In this document: piece after piece, positions 6,600 through 14,390 of the stretch
How the letters are laid out: every line of letters starts with the position of its first letter
How positions within the stretch are numbered: the first letter of the stretch is position 1
From: Candidatus Eiseniibacteriota bacterium
Lineage (GTDB): Bacteria > Joyebacterota > Joyebacteria > Joyebacterales > Joyebacteraceae
Assembly (NCBI GenBank): GCA_043819135.1
Contig: JBDRFG010000036.1
Location: forward strand, 1 to 14,390
Length of the DNA stretch: 14,390 nt
Direction of reading: 5' to 3'
Notes under the pieces: model-generated
What the model saw: the letters and a program-made list of their open reading frames with translations, nothing else
The model's database searches: none
Told to the model about the DNA's origin: nothing
Made by a program: the position numbers and the translations under genes

Positions 6600-7838
6600 T
6601 TGAAGATACTGTTCCTGACAGACAACTTCCCTCCGGAGACCAACGCTCCCGCGCTGAGGACCTTCGAGCACGCTCGCGTGTGGGTCGAGGACGGACACGA
6701 CGTCACCGTCATCACGGGAGCGCCGAACTTCCCAACAGGTAAGGTCCACGCCGGCTACCGGAACGGACCCTACTCGGTTGAGGAGATAGAGGGGATTCGC
6801 GTTGTCCGTGTGTGGACATACGTCGCGGCCAACAAGGGGCGCTTCCGCCGCTCGTTCGACTATCTGAGCTTCATGCTGACGTCTCTGCCCGCGGCTCTCA
6901 TCCAGGAGCGCCCCGACATCGTGGTCGGGACATCTCCGCAGCTTCTGACCGTGGTCTCGGCGTGGGCGGCGGCGCGGCTCAGACGCGTACCTTTCGTGTT
7001 CGAACTCCGGGACCTCTGGCCCGAATCGCTGGCGGCCGTCGGCGTCGTCAGCGGCGGCACGGCCATGCGCGGGATCGCGGCCCTGGCCAACTTCCTCTAC
7101 CACAGGGCGGACTGCATAGTCTCCGTGACCAGGTCGTTCGTCGGCGTGCTGAGGGAGCGGGGCATTCCGGAAGGACGGCTCGCGGTCGTCAGGAACGGCG
7201 TGAACCTTTCCCACTTCACTCCGGGTCCGAGGGAGAACGGGTTTCGGGAGGAAGTGGGGGTCCGGCCTGACGTTTTCCTGGCCACCTATGTCGGGACACT
7301 CGGGATGGCCCACGGGCTCAGGAGCGTCATTGCCGCGGCCGAGGCGACGCGTGACGAGCCGATCCACTACCTCCTGGTCGGCGAGGGCGCGGAGAAGGTC
7401 GAGCTCGAACGCGAGGTTAAGAGACTGGAGCTGGCGAACGTCATTTTCCTCGGTGGACAGCCGCGCGAGCGTGTCCCCCTGATCCTTGCCGCGAGCGATG
7501 TCATCCTCGTTCACCTGCGGGACGATCCCCTGTTCTCCACGGTCATCCCCTCGAAGATCTTTGAGGCGATGGCGGTCGCGAAGCCCATTGTGCTGTCGGT
7601 GAAGGGAGAAAGTGCGGAGATAGTAGCGAGTGCGGAAGCGGGCCTGGTCACACGGCCGGAGTCGCCCGCCGAACTGGCCGAGGCCATCCGCAGGCTGCGC
7701 TCCGATCCTGATCTGGCGCGGGAGTTGGGGCGCAACGGCCGCAGCGCGGCGGAGGGGGAGTTCTGCCGCAGGTCAGCCGCGAGAAGGATGATGGGTGTTC
7801 TGGAGGGGACGGTCGGGCGCCGGAGAGGATCCCGCTAG
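6600..7838 (+). CDS. Glycosyltransferase family 4, WbuB-like (412 aa)
   Basis: TTG 6600 with AGAGGG SD. KILFLTDNFPPE, GAPNFPTG, FELRDLWPES, YVGTLGMAHGL and PSKIFEAMA motifs. Confidence 0.9.
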   Translation: MKILFLTDNFPPETNAPALRTFEHARVWVEDGHDVTVITGAPNFPTGKVHAGYRNGPYSVEEIEGIRVVRVWTYVAANKGRFRRSFDYLSFMLTSLPAALIQERPDIVVGTSPQLLTVVSAWAAARLRRVPFVFELRDLWPESLAAVGVVSGGTAMRGIAALANFLYHRADCIVSVTRSFVGVLRERGIPEGRLAVVRNGVNLSHFTPGPRENGFREEVGVRPDVFLATYVGTLGMAHGLRSVIAAAEATRDEPIHYLLVGEGAEKVELEREVKRLELANVIFLGGQPRERVPLILAASDVILVHLRDDPLFSTVIPSKIFEAMAVAKPIVLSVKGESAEIVASAEAGLVTRPESPAELAEAIRRLRSDPDLARELGRNGRSAAEGEFCRRSAARRMMGVLEGTVGRRRGSR

Positions 7839-8590
7839 TCCTCCCACCCCTGATTGTCGAGAAGCTGTTCGTCAGGAACGTCCCTCAGAGGCTTCGCGGG
7901 AGATCCGAGAACGACCTTCTTCGGAGGAGCGTCGCTGGCAAGCACCGATCCGGCCGCCACCACGGCGTCGGCACCGACGGTCTTCCCCGGCAGAATGACC
8001 GCGCCGGCGCCGATTCGTCCGCCCCGCTCGACCGTCACTCCCTTGAAGTGCTTGAAACGCTCTTCCGTCCTGCCGATGAAGTTGTCGTTGGACGTCACCA
8101 CGCCCGGAGCCACAAAGACGCGGTCGGCGAGGCTCGAGTATGCGGTGACGTAGCACTCGCTCTCGAGCTTGCAGTAGCGTCCTATGGTGCAGTGGTTCTC
8201 CACCGTCGCACCCCTGCCGACGATGGTGAAGTCTCCGACAGTCACGTCCTCCCTGACCGACGCCATGTCGGCCACGAGCACCCGAGACCCCAGTTCGCAC
8301 CCGGCGTAGATCACCACGGACGTTCCGATGATGCAGCCGTCGCCGATCCTGGCGGGAGGCAGCGCCGCGTCGCCTGTCGTTGCCGAGTTGGCGGCCTTCA
8401 TCGGCTGCTTCCCCAGAACCGCGCCGTCGTCGATCCTCACGTTGTCACCGATGATGGTGCCGGCGTGGATGACGACGTTGTGTCCGATGACGCATCCGTC
8501 GCCCACCAGCGCCTCCGACTCAATGACCGTGAAGCGGCCGACCGTCGTTCCTTCGCCGACGAGCGCGCTGGGATCGATGTAGCGTTCCAT
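7835..8590 (-). CDS. Hexapeptide-repeat (left-handed beta-helix) N-acyltransferase, WbpD/WxcM-like
   Basis: Many [IV]G-x-x-x-x hexapeptides. VFVAPGVVTSND, IGAGAVILPG and C-terminal GSPAK. SD-like GGAAGGGA upstream. Confidence 0.88.
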   Translation of the reverse strand: MERYIDPSALVGEGTTVGRFTVIESEALVGDGCVIGHNVVIHAGTIIGDNVRIDDGAVLGKQPMKAANSATTGDAALPPARIGDGCIIGTSVVIYAGCELGSRVLVADMASVREDVTVGDFTIVGRGATVENHCTIGRYCKLESECYVTAYSSLADRVFVAPGVVTSNDNFIGRTEERFKHFKGVTVERGGRIGAGAVILPGKTVGADAVVAAGSVLASDAPPKKVVLGSPAKPLRDVPDEQLLDNQGWED

Positions 8591-8671
8591 GGCGGCGTCC
8601 CTTCCGGAGCGGACGCGGCCTTCCGTTGAAGGCCGTCGCCGCTCGTTCAGCTTCCTGATAATGAGTCGGGT

Positions 8672-9679
8672 CTATTCCAGCGTCACCGGCAGGCCGCCGG
8701 ACTTGAGCGACCGCTGGGCGGCGTCGAGGACACGTACGACCCTCATGCCGTCCCTGCCGTCGGAACGCGGAGTCGTGCGGTTCACCACGCACTCCACGAA
8801 GTGCTCGCACTCGAGCTTGAGAGGCTCGCCCATGTTGAGGGCGGGCACGAGGACGTCTCCGGAGCGAAGCGACAGCGACTCGGTGTAGCCCACGTATCTG
8901 CCGTTCGGGTCCACACCCTTGTCGTAGATCCTTATCTTCTCGGAGGCCTGCATGTCGTCGAACACGACCATCCGCTTGCTGCCGACGAGCGTCGTGCGCC
9001 TGACCTTGTGCGGGTCGAGCCACGATACGTGGATCTGAGCCAGTCTGTTGCCGGGAAAGCGCATCCAGAGGAAGACGACGTCCTCGATCTCCGGGCGGAT
9101 GTAGGCAGCCCCGCGGGCTGCCACATCGATGGGCTCTTCGTCCAGGAGATAGAGGATGATCGAGATGTCATGGGGCGCCAGGCTCCAGAGCGCGTTCTCA
9201 TCGCTCCTGATCCGCCCCAGGTTCAAGCGTTCTGAGTAGAGGTAGTACGGGTTGCCCAGCTCGCCGGCGTCGAGCAGCTCCTTCATCTTCGTCACCGCGC
9301 CGTGGTATTCGAGAAGGTGTCCCACCATCAGGATGCGCTTGGCCGCGTCAGCCGCCTCTACAAGCTTGACCGCGTTCTCGTAGGTCAGCGTCATCGGCTT
9401 CTCGACGAACACGTCCTTGCCGGCCTCGATGGCGCGCATCGCGAGCTCGAAATGTGTCACTGCCGGCGTGGCTATCGCCACGGCGTCGATGTCGGGGTCG
9501 GACATGACGGCCTCGGGGTCGGTCTCCACGCGGATGCCGCGGAACCCGTTCAGGGTCGTCTCACACTGCTCCCCGTCGAGATCGCAGCATATCTTGAGAT
9601 GCGCACCCTTGAGGTGCGCGAAGTTCCTGAGGAGATTCCGTCCCCAGGCACCGGTTCCTATCAGCGCGAGATTGACCAA
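8672..9679 (-). CDS. Gfo/Idh/MocA NAD-dependent oxidoreductase, probable nucleotide-sugar 3-dehydrogenase (335 aa)
   Basis: ALIGTGAWG Rossmann motif, ATPAVTH, VFVEKP, LMVGH and SLAPHD. Start placed at TTG 9679 behind AGGGTGG SD. Confidence 0.9.
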   Translation of the reverse strand: MVNLALIGTGAWGRNLLRNFAHLKGAHLKICCDLDGEQCETTLNGFRGIRVETDPEAVMSDPDIDAVAIATPAVTHFELAMRAIEAGKDVFVEKPMTLTYENAVKLVEAADAAKRILMVGHLLEYHGAVTKMKELLDAGELGNPYYLYSERLNLGRIRSDENALWSLAPHDISIILYLLDEEPIDVAARGAAYIRPEIEDVVFLWMRFPGNRLAQIHVSWLDPHKVRRTTLVGSKRMVVFDDMQASEKIRIYDKGVDPNGRYVGYTESLSLRSGDVLVPALNMGEPLKLECEHFVECVVNRTTPRSDGRDGMRVVRVLDAAQRSLKSGGLPVTLE

Positions 9680-9690
9680 CGTTCCACCCT

Positions 9691-9754
9691 TCACGAGACC
9701 GCGGTTGTCGTGACCGGCAGTCACATGACCGCCGGGCGACCGGTCTTTTCATGA
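9691..9754 (-). promoter_or_regulatory. Long imperfect 5'-leader hairpin
   Basis: On the minus strand, nested stems TCATGA/TCGTGA, AGACCG/CGGTCT, GTCG/CGAC and CCGGCGGTC-ATGT-GACTGCCGG. Ends next to the SD. Confidence 0.55.
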
Positions 9755-9760
9755 CCAAGT

Positions 9761-9789
9761 ACTCTATCCGGTTCTTTCCGTTCCCGCAA
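9761..9789 (-). promoter_or_regulatory. Possible sigma-70-type promoter
   Basis: Minus strand TTGCGG-17-TAGAGT. Predicted TSS ~9754 coincides with the start of the leader hairpin. Confidence 0.4.
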
Positions 9790-9801
9790 CCGATAACGTT
9801 T

Positions 9802-9817
9802 TGCAAGAGACGTGCCT
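9802..9817 (-). promoter_or_regulatory. sigma-54 -24/-12 promoter for the oxidoreductase-acyltransferase pair
   Basis: Minus strand AGGCACG-TCTC-TTGCA, a near-consensus GG-N10-GC. Confidence 0.7.
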
Positions 9818-9870
9818 GACGGCTTGGGACGTCCGCCACCGGGGCCGCCGGGCCCCGAATCCGCTCAGCC

Positions 9871-9899
9871 TTGACGTGGGGGCACGGCGACGCTAGAAT
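9871..9899 (+). promoter_or_regulatory. sigma-70-type promoter for the M42-BtpA-cysS unit
   Basis: TTGACG (9871-9876)-17-TAGAAT (9894-9899). Confidence 0.7.
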
Positions 9900-10001
9900 C
9901 GGTCCCCGATATCATCTCCATTCTCTAGGCTCACCAGCAGCTCCGGCCCCGCACAACGCAATGGCGCAGGGGACGGACGTACAGCGGGAAGAGAGGGGCG
10001 A

Positions 10002-11069
10002 TTGGACAAGACCGAGAAGATGTTCAAGGAATTGACCGAGGCAAGCGGCATCTCCGGGTTCGAGGACGAAGTCGCCGACGTAATGGCGGCCCACGTCAAG
10101 AGCGTGGCCAAGATCAGCTACGACAATCTGGGCAGCCTGGTCGCTGAGAAGAAGGGAACCGCCGCCGCGCCCAAGGTCATGATCGCCGGGCACATGGACG
10201 AGATCGGTTTCCTGGTGAAGAACGTGACCAAGGAAGGTTTCATCAAGTTCCTGCCGGTGGGTGGCTGGTGGGGGCACGTCGCGCTGTCTCAGCGCGTCAT
10301 GGTCAAGACCTCAAAGGGCGACTTCCTCGGCATCATCGGTTCCAAGGCGCCCCACATCCTCCAGCCCGAAGAGCGCAAGAAGGTGCTGGACATCGCCGAC
10401 ATGTACATCGACGTCGGGGCGACCGAGAAGTTCGACGTCCGGAAGAAGCTGGGAGTGCGCCCCGGCGACCAGATCATACCGGTCTCCGATTTCGCGATCC
10501 TCGGCAACAGCAAGACCTACGCGGCCAAGGCCTGGGACGATCGCATCGGCGTCGCGGCCGTCATCGACACCCTCAACAAGGTCGGCAAGAGCCACCCGAA
10601 CACCCTGTACGGCGTCGGGACGGTTCAGGAGGAGGTCGGTCTGAGGGGAGCGCGGACGAGCGCACAGATGGTCGAGCCGGACGTTGCCTTCGCCATCGAC
10701 GTTACGATAGCCACCGACACTCCCGGATGTGAGGGGGCCGGTGAGAACCTGGGCTCCGGTGTCGGCATAATGGTGTTCGACGGCAGCGCAATACCCAGCA
10801 GACGCCTGCGCGACTTCGTCATTAACGTCGCCGAGAAGAGCAAGATCCCGTTCGTGTTGACCGCTCTCACCAGGGGCGGGACAGACAGCGGGACGATCCA
10901 GTTCGCCAAGTGGGGCGTGCCCTGTCTGACGTTCGCGATCTCGACGCGCTACATACACGGGCACGTGGGCGTTCTGCACAGAGATGACTACGACAACCTC
11001 GTCAAGCTCCTGATCGCCGTGGTCAAGAAGCTCGACAAGAAGACCGTCGCGTCCCTGACCAGAGGGTAG
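10002..11069 (+). CDS. M42 family metallopeptidase (TET-like aminopeptidase)
   Basis: TTG start. GISGFE, GHMDEIG, KAWDDR, QEEVGLRGA, GGTD and RYIH metal-ligand motifs. Confidence 0.93.
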   Translation: MDKTEKMFKELTEASGISGFEDEVADVMAAHVKSVAKISYDNLGSLVAEKKGTAAAPKVMIAGHMDEIGFLVKNVTKEGFIKFLPVGGWWGHVALSQRVMVKTSKGDFLGIIGSKAPHILQPEERKKVLDIADMYIDVGATEKFDVRKKLGVRPGDQIIPVSDFAILGNSKTYAAKAWDDRIGVAAVIDTLNKVGKSHPNTLYGVGTVQEEVGLRGARTSAQMVEPDVAFAIDVTIATDTPGCEGAGENLGSGVGIMVFDGSAIPSRRLRDFVINVAEKSKIPFVLTALTRGGTDSGTIQFAKWGVPCLTFAISTRYIHGHVGVLHRDDYDNLVKLLIAVVKKLDKKTVASLTRG

Positions 11070-11196
11070 GTCACGACGAGGGACTCGACGCAGTGACGCC
11101 GCCGCACGGGGCTCATGGTCTTCGGGCCGCGATCTCGTGCGGCGGCCACATCTGGTCACGTGCGCCCGTGGTCGGCGCGCGATCCCGGGAGCCGTC

Positions 11197-12000
11197 ATGA
11201 GCACCATGGAAGACATCTTCGGCCGGTCCGGCAGTCTGATCGGAGTGGTCCACCTGCCTCCGCTGCCCGGAAGCTCCGGATGGGACGGTGACATGCCGCG
11301 GGTCGTCGGAAGAGCGCTTGACGACGCGGCGGCTCTCCAGGCGGCCGGCTTCGATGGGATCATCCTCGAGAACTTCGGCGACGCCCCGTTCTCCGGAGGC
11401 TTCGCCGGAAGGGGACCCGTCGCTGCCATGGCCGCCGTCGGTGCTCTCGTGGCTGTGAAGACGTCTCTGCCCCTCGGGATCAACGTGCTCCGGAGCGACG
11501 CTCTGTCGGCCGTGGCAGTGGCCGCCGCCGTGGGGGCGCGCTTCATCAGGGTGAACGTCCACATAGGCGCCGCCGCGACCGACCAGGGCATCATCCAGGG
11601 GAACGCGCGCGAGACGCTCCTGGCCATCCGCGAGGTGGCGCCCCGGCTAAGGGTATTCGCCGACGTCTTTGTGAAGCACGCGAGACCTCTGGGGAGCGAG
11701 GACATCGAACAGGCTGCGGTCGAACTCGTTGAACGAGGGAAGGCGGCGGCGGTCATCGTCACGGGCGACATGACGGGCTCGCCTGGTTCGGCCGAAGAGC
11801 TGGCACGTGTTCGAGCGGCCGTGCCCGAAACGCCCATCATAGCAGGAAGCGGTGTCACGGCGGAGACCGTCGCGGACGTGCTCGGCAGGTGCGACGCCGT
11901 GATCGTCGGAAGCTGCATAATGGAGGAAGGGCGCGCCGCCCACCCCATAGATCCCGCGCGCGCCGCTCTCTTCGTCAGGGCCGCGAGAGCCGAGCAGTAG
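11197..12000 (+). CDS. BtpA/SgcQ family TIM-barrel protein (267 aa)
   Basis: IGVVHLPPLPGS, ENFGDAPF, GINVLR, FIRVN, ADVFVKHA and GSGVT motifs. ATG 11197 follows GGGAG. Confidence 0.9.
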   Translation: MSTMEDIFGRSGSLIGVVHLPPLPGSSGWDGDMPRVVGRALDDAAALQAAGFDGIILENFGDAPFSGGFAGRGPVAAMAAVGALVAVKTSLPLGINVLRSDALSAVAVAAAVGARFIRVNVHIGAAATDQGIIQGNARETLLAIREVAPRLRVFADVFVKHARPLGSEDIEQAAVELVERGKAAAVIVTGDMTGSPGSAEELARVRAAVPETPIIAGSGVTAETVADVLGRCDAVIVGSCIMEEGRAAHPIDPARAALFVRAARAEQ

Positions 12001-12042
12001 GCACCGCGACGTTCTTCGGGAGCACAGCAAAGGGAGACCAAC

Positions 12043-13452
12043 ATGCTGAGGATCTACGACACGCTCGCGGGCAAGAAGAAAGAGTTCGTGCCGGTGCGCG
12101 AGGGCAAGGTCGGCATGTACTTCTGCGGAATGACCGTGCAGGCGGAGCCGCACGTGGGGCACATGAGGGTCGCGCTGGTGTCGGACGTGTTCCGCCGCTA
12201 CTTCCGGTACAAGGGCTACGACGTCACTCTGGTGATCAACTTCACCGACATCGACGACAAGATCATTCAGAAGGCCGAGGCGGAGGGCGTCGAGTACACG
12301 GTGATCGCGAAGAGGAACACCGACAAGTTCATGGCGTTCCTCGAGTTCCTGGGCGCCGAGGAGGCGGACCACTACCCTCGGGCGACTGGCCACATAGCCG
12401 AGATAATCGAACTCGTCAAGACACTCGTCGAGAAGGGTTTCGCCTACGAGTCGCAGGGGGACGTCTATTTCGAGGTCAGGAAGTTCTCGGACTATGGCAA
12501 GCTCTCGAAGAAGAACCTCGATGACCTGATTGCCGGGGCCAGCGAGAGGGTCGATATTGACGACAGGAAGCGTAATCCGGAGGACTTCTGCCTGTGGAAG
12601 GGCGCCAAAGAAGGCGAACCCTCCTGGGAGAGCCCGTGGGGGCAAGGGAGACCCGGGTGGCACATCGAGTGCTCCGCCATGTCGACGAAGTACCTGGGCG
12701 AGCACTTCGACATCCACGGGGGCGGAACGGAACTGATATTCCCACACCATGAGAACGAGATAGCGCAGCACGAGGCGGCGACCGGGCATCCTTATGTAAA
12801 CCATTGGGTGCACCACGGCCTGGTTAATCTGGTCGGAGAGAAGATGTCGAAGTCGACGGGGCACTTCAAGACCATGGAGGAGATCTCCAGGCGCTTCCCG
12901 GCCGACGTAGTCAGGTTCTACCTGCTCTCCACGCACTACAGGTCCGAGATCGAGTTCTCCGACGAGCGGCTGAACGAGGCCGGCGTGGCCATAGGGCGGT
13001 TCGAGAACCTCTTCAGGACTCTGTCGCGGACGGTGGGCCCGGAGGGAGAGGGGGAGGCGGCCGACGCGCCGAGTCCACCCGTGTCCGATCTCAAGGAGAA
13101 GTTCCTTGACGCGATGGACGATGACCTAAACACCGCACAGGCAATAGGTTACATGTTTGAATTAGTCCGTGTCATCAACCAGGGGCTTGATTCCGGAGCA
13201 GAGCAGCCCATCCTGCGCGCGGACAGGGCCGTGCTGAGGGAGCTGTCTGATATCTTGGGACTTCTGAAACATACAAAGAGCAAGGACCGGAGAGTGCCCG
13301 ATGAGATCGCCGTAATGGTCCGGGAGCGCTCTGACGCGCGCGCCGCGAAGGACTGGGTTCGTGCCGACGAGCTTCGGGCCGCGATAGAGGAGGCGGGCTA
13401 CCTGGTGGAGGACACCGGGGCGGGCTCCGTTGCCAGGAAGGTCAAGGAGTAG
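12043..13452 (+). CDS. cysS: Cysteine--tRNA ligase
   Basis: HVGH (HIGH) and KMSKS motifs, [35 protein letters not shown] and AMDDDLNT. Confidence 0.98.
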   Translation: MLRIYDTLAGKKKEFVPVREGKVGMYFCGMTVQAEPHVGHMRVALVSDVFRRYFRYKGYDVTLVINFTDIDDKIIQKAEAEGVEYTVIAKRNTDKFMAFLEFLGAEEADHYPRATGHIAEIIELVKTLVEKGFAYESQGDVYFEVRKFSDYGKLSKKNLDDLIAGASERVDIDDRKRNPEDFCLWKGAKEGEPSWESPWGQGRPGWHIECSAMSTKYLGEHFDIHGGGTELIFPHHENEIAQHEAATGHPYVNHWVHHGLVNLVGEKMSKSTGHFKTMEEISRRFPADVVRFYLLSTHYRSEIEFSDERLNEAGVAIGRFENLFRTLSRTVGPEGEGEAADAPSPPVSDLKEKFLDAMDDDLNTAQAIGYMFELVRVINQGLDSGAEQPILRADRAVLRELSDILGLLKHTKSKDRRVPDEIAVMVRERSDARAAKDWVRADELRAAIEEAGYLVEDTGAGSVARKVKE

Positions 13453-13520
13453 CTGAGCCGGGTGCCGGGACCAGTGGGGCGGAAGAGTGGCCGCTGAGCC
13501 GGGAGAAGCGGCGTGTCGCG

Positions 13521-13589
13521 GAAAATCATGAGAAAACCGCTGAAAACCGCTGATTTCGTGTTGACAGCGCAGCACTTCTCCAATAGCAT
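13521..13589 (+). promoter_or_regulatory. tRNA-tuf operon promoter with phased upstream A-tracts
   Basis: TTGACA (13561-13566)-17-TAGCAT (13584-13589). GAAAA at 13521, 13532 and 13542. Confidence 0.75.
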
Positions 13590-13656
13590 ATAGCGTTTGT
13601 GCAGCTGGCGGCTTCTGGAACAAGCCCCGCAGCCGGGTTGTGTTCGCATATCCCGG

Positions 13657-13731
13657 GCTGGCGTAGCTCAACGGTAGAGCACCTCACTTGTAATGAGGTG
13701 GTTGGGGGTTCGATTCCTCTCGCCAGCTCCA
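13657..13731 (+). tRNA. tRNA-Thr(TGT)
   Basis: Cloverleaf GCTGGCG...CGCCAGC-T-CCA. Anticodon arm CCTCA-CTTGTAA-TGAGG. GGTTCGATTCC. Confidence 0.97.
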
Positions 13732-13791
13732 GAATTGGAGGTAAGTCCGACGCCCCAGGGGCCTGGTGTTTCCCGGCGTCGAGGACGATCC

Positions 13792-13876
13792 GGGGGGGTT
13801 CCCGAGCGGTCAAAGGGAACAGACTGTAAATCTGTCGGCGAAGCCTTCGGAGGTTCGAATCCTCCCCCCCCCACCA
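13792..13876 (+). tRNA. tRNA-Tyr(GTA)
   Basis: Anticodon arm ACAGA-CTGTAAA-TCTGT, long variable arm GGC-GAA-GCC, T-arm GGAGG-TTCGAAT-CCTCC, A-CCA end. Confidence 0.97.
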
Positions 13877-13908
13877 CTCCAGTGGTGCCAAATAGAGGGA
13901 AGGTAGGT

Positions 13909-13985
13909 GCGGGAATAGCTCAGTTGGCTAGAGCATCAGCCTTCCAAGCTGAGGGTCGCGGGTTCGAGTCCCGTTTCCCGCTCCA
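13909..13985 (+). tRNA. tRNA-Gly(TCC)
   Basis: GCGGGAA...TTCCCGC-T-CCA. Anticodon arm TCAGC-CTTCCAA-GCTGA. Confidence 0.97.
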
Positions 13986-14014
13986 AAATACTGCGCCCGT
14001 CGCTACGTAAAGGG

Positions 14015-14043
14015 TTGACTGCGACGGCATGTGCTGATAGACT
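14015..14043 (+). promoter_or_regulatory. Internal sigma-70-type promoter upstream of tRNA-Thr(GGT)-tuf
   Basis: TTGACT (14015-14020)-17-TAGACT (14038-14043) with TGn extension. Confidence 0.6.
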
Positions 14044-14094
14044 GATCGGTCAATTCGAACCGGCGGCTGTCGGTGGCCGGCGTGGCATATCTGC

Positions 14095-14170
<76 letters not shown>

Positions 14171-14253
14171 CATCGTTGAGGCTTTCACTCGCCAGACGGG
14201 TGCCTCGGCCAGCGCAGAGAATAGCGAACTCCTGTTGATGGAGGAGAAGGAAG

Positions 14254-14390
14254 ATGGCGAAGAAGAAATTCGAGAGGACGAAGCCTCACGTCAACGTTGG
14301 GACGATCGGTCACGTTGACCATGGCAAGTCCACGCTGACGTCGGCGATGACGCTGTGCCTGGAGAAGCGGGGACTCGCGAAGTATATGGC
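14254..14390 (+). CDS. tuf: Elongation factor Tu, 5' part (not in ORF track)
   Basis: [45 protein letters not shown]. It follows the Thr-Tyr-Gly-Thr tRNA cluster, as in the classic tufB locus. Confidence 0.97.
   Translation, partial: MAKKKFERTKPHVNVGTIGHVDHGKSTLTSAMTLCLEKRGLAKYM

Noticed and set aside
5553..7514. 653-aa minus-strand ORF
   Set aside because: Antisense shadow of the PEP-CTERM and GT4 genes, with no motifs. Long open antisense frames are expected in high-GC DNA.
10311..12936. 577-aa and 429-aa minus-strand ORFs
   Set aside because: Antisense to the M42, BtpA and cysS genes, with no recognisable domains.
13398..14010. Short ORFs across the tRNA cluster
   Set aside because: They overlap well-formed tRNA genes and their promoter.
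14048..14061. TTCGAAC as a tRNA remnant or att site
   Set aside because: No T-stem pairing, no duplicate of any tRNA 3' end and no integrase in the window.

Overview
GC-rich bacterial window with two parts. The FlgD-Ig/T9SS-like C-terminal domain and the gene types suggest an FCB-related diderm lineage; this is inference, not a taxonomic call. Left part (1-9.8 kb) is a cell-surface and glycan locus. It holds the C-terminal HTH of a PrsR-like sigma-54 activator, a PEGA/DUF5683-like protein paired with a Fn3 lipoprotein, and a multi-Fn3 protein with a FlgD-Ig/T9SS-like tail. It also holds a PEP-CTERM protein, a WbuB-like GT4, and a convergent Gfo/Idh/MocA oxidoreductase plus hexapeptide acyltransferase pair. 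Right part is housekeeping: M42 peptidase, BtpA/SgcQ, cysS, tRNA Thr(TGT)-Tyr(GTA)-Gly(TCC)-Thr(GGT) and the start of tuf. Three unexplained signals stand out. (1) Two sigma-54 -24/-12 sites lie in front of the Fn3 gene and the sugar-modification pair rather than directly in front of the PEP-CTERM gene. (2) A ~210-nt structured leader/ncRNA candidate has two identical CAACCCCC loop motifs. (3) Three different surface-sorting signals occur in consecutive genes. No CRISPR array or mobile element was seen. All folds and motif matches were done by eye.
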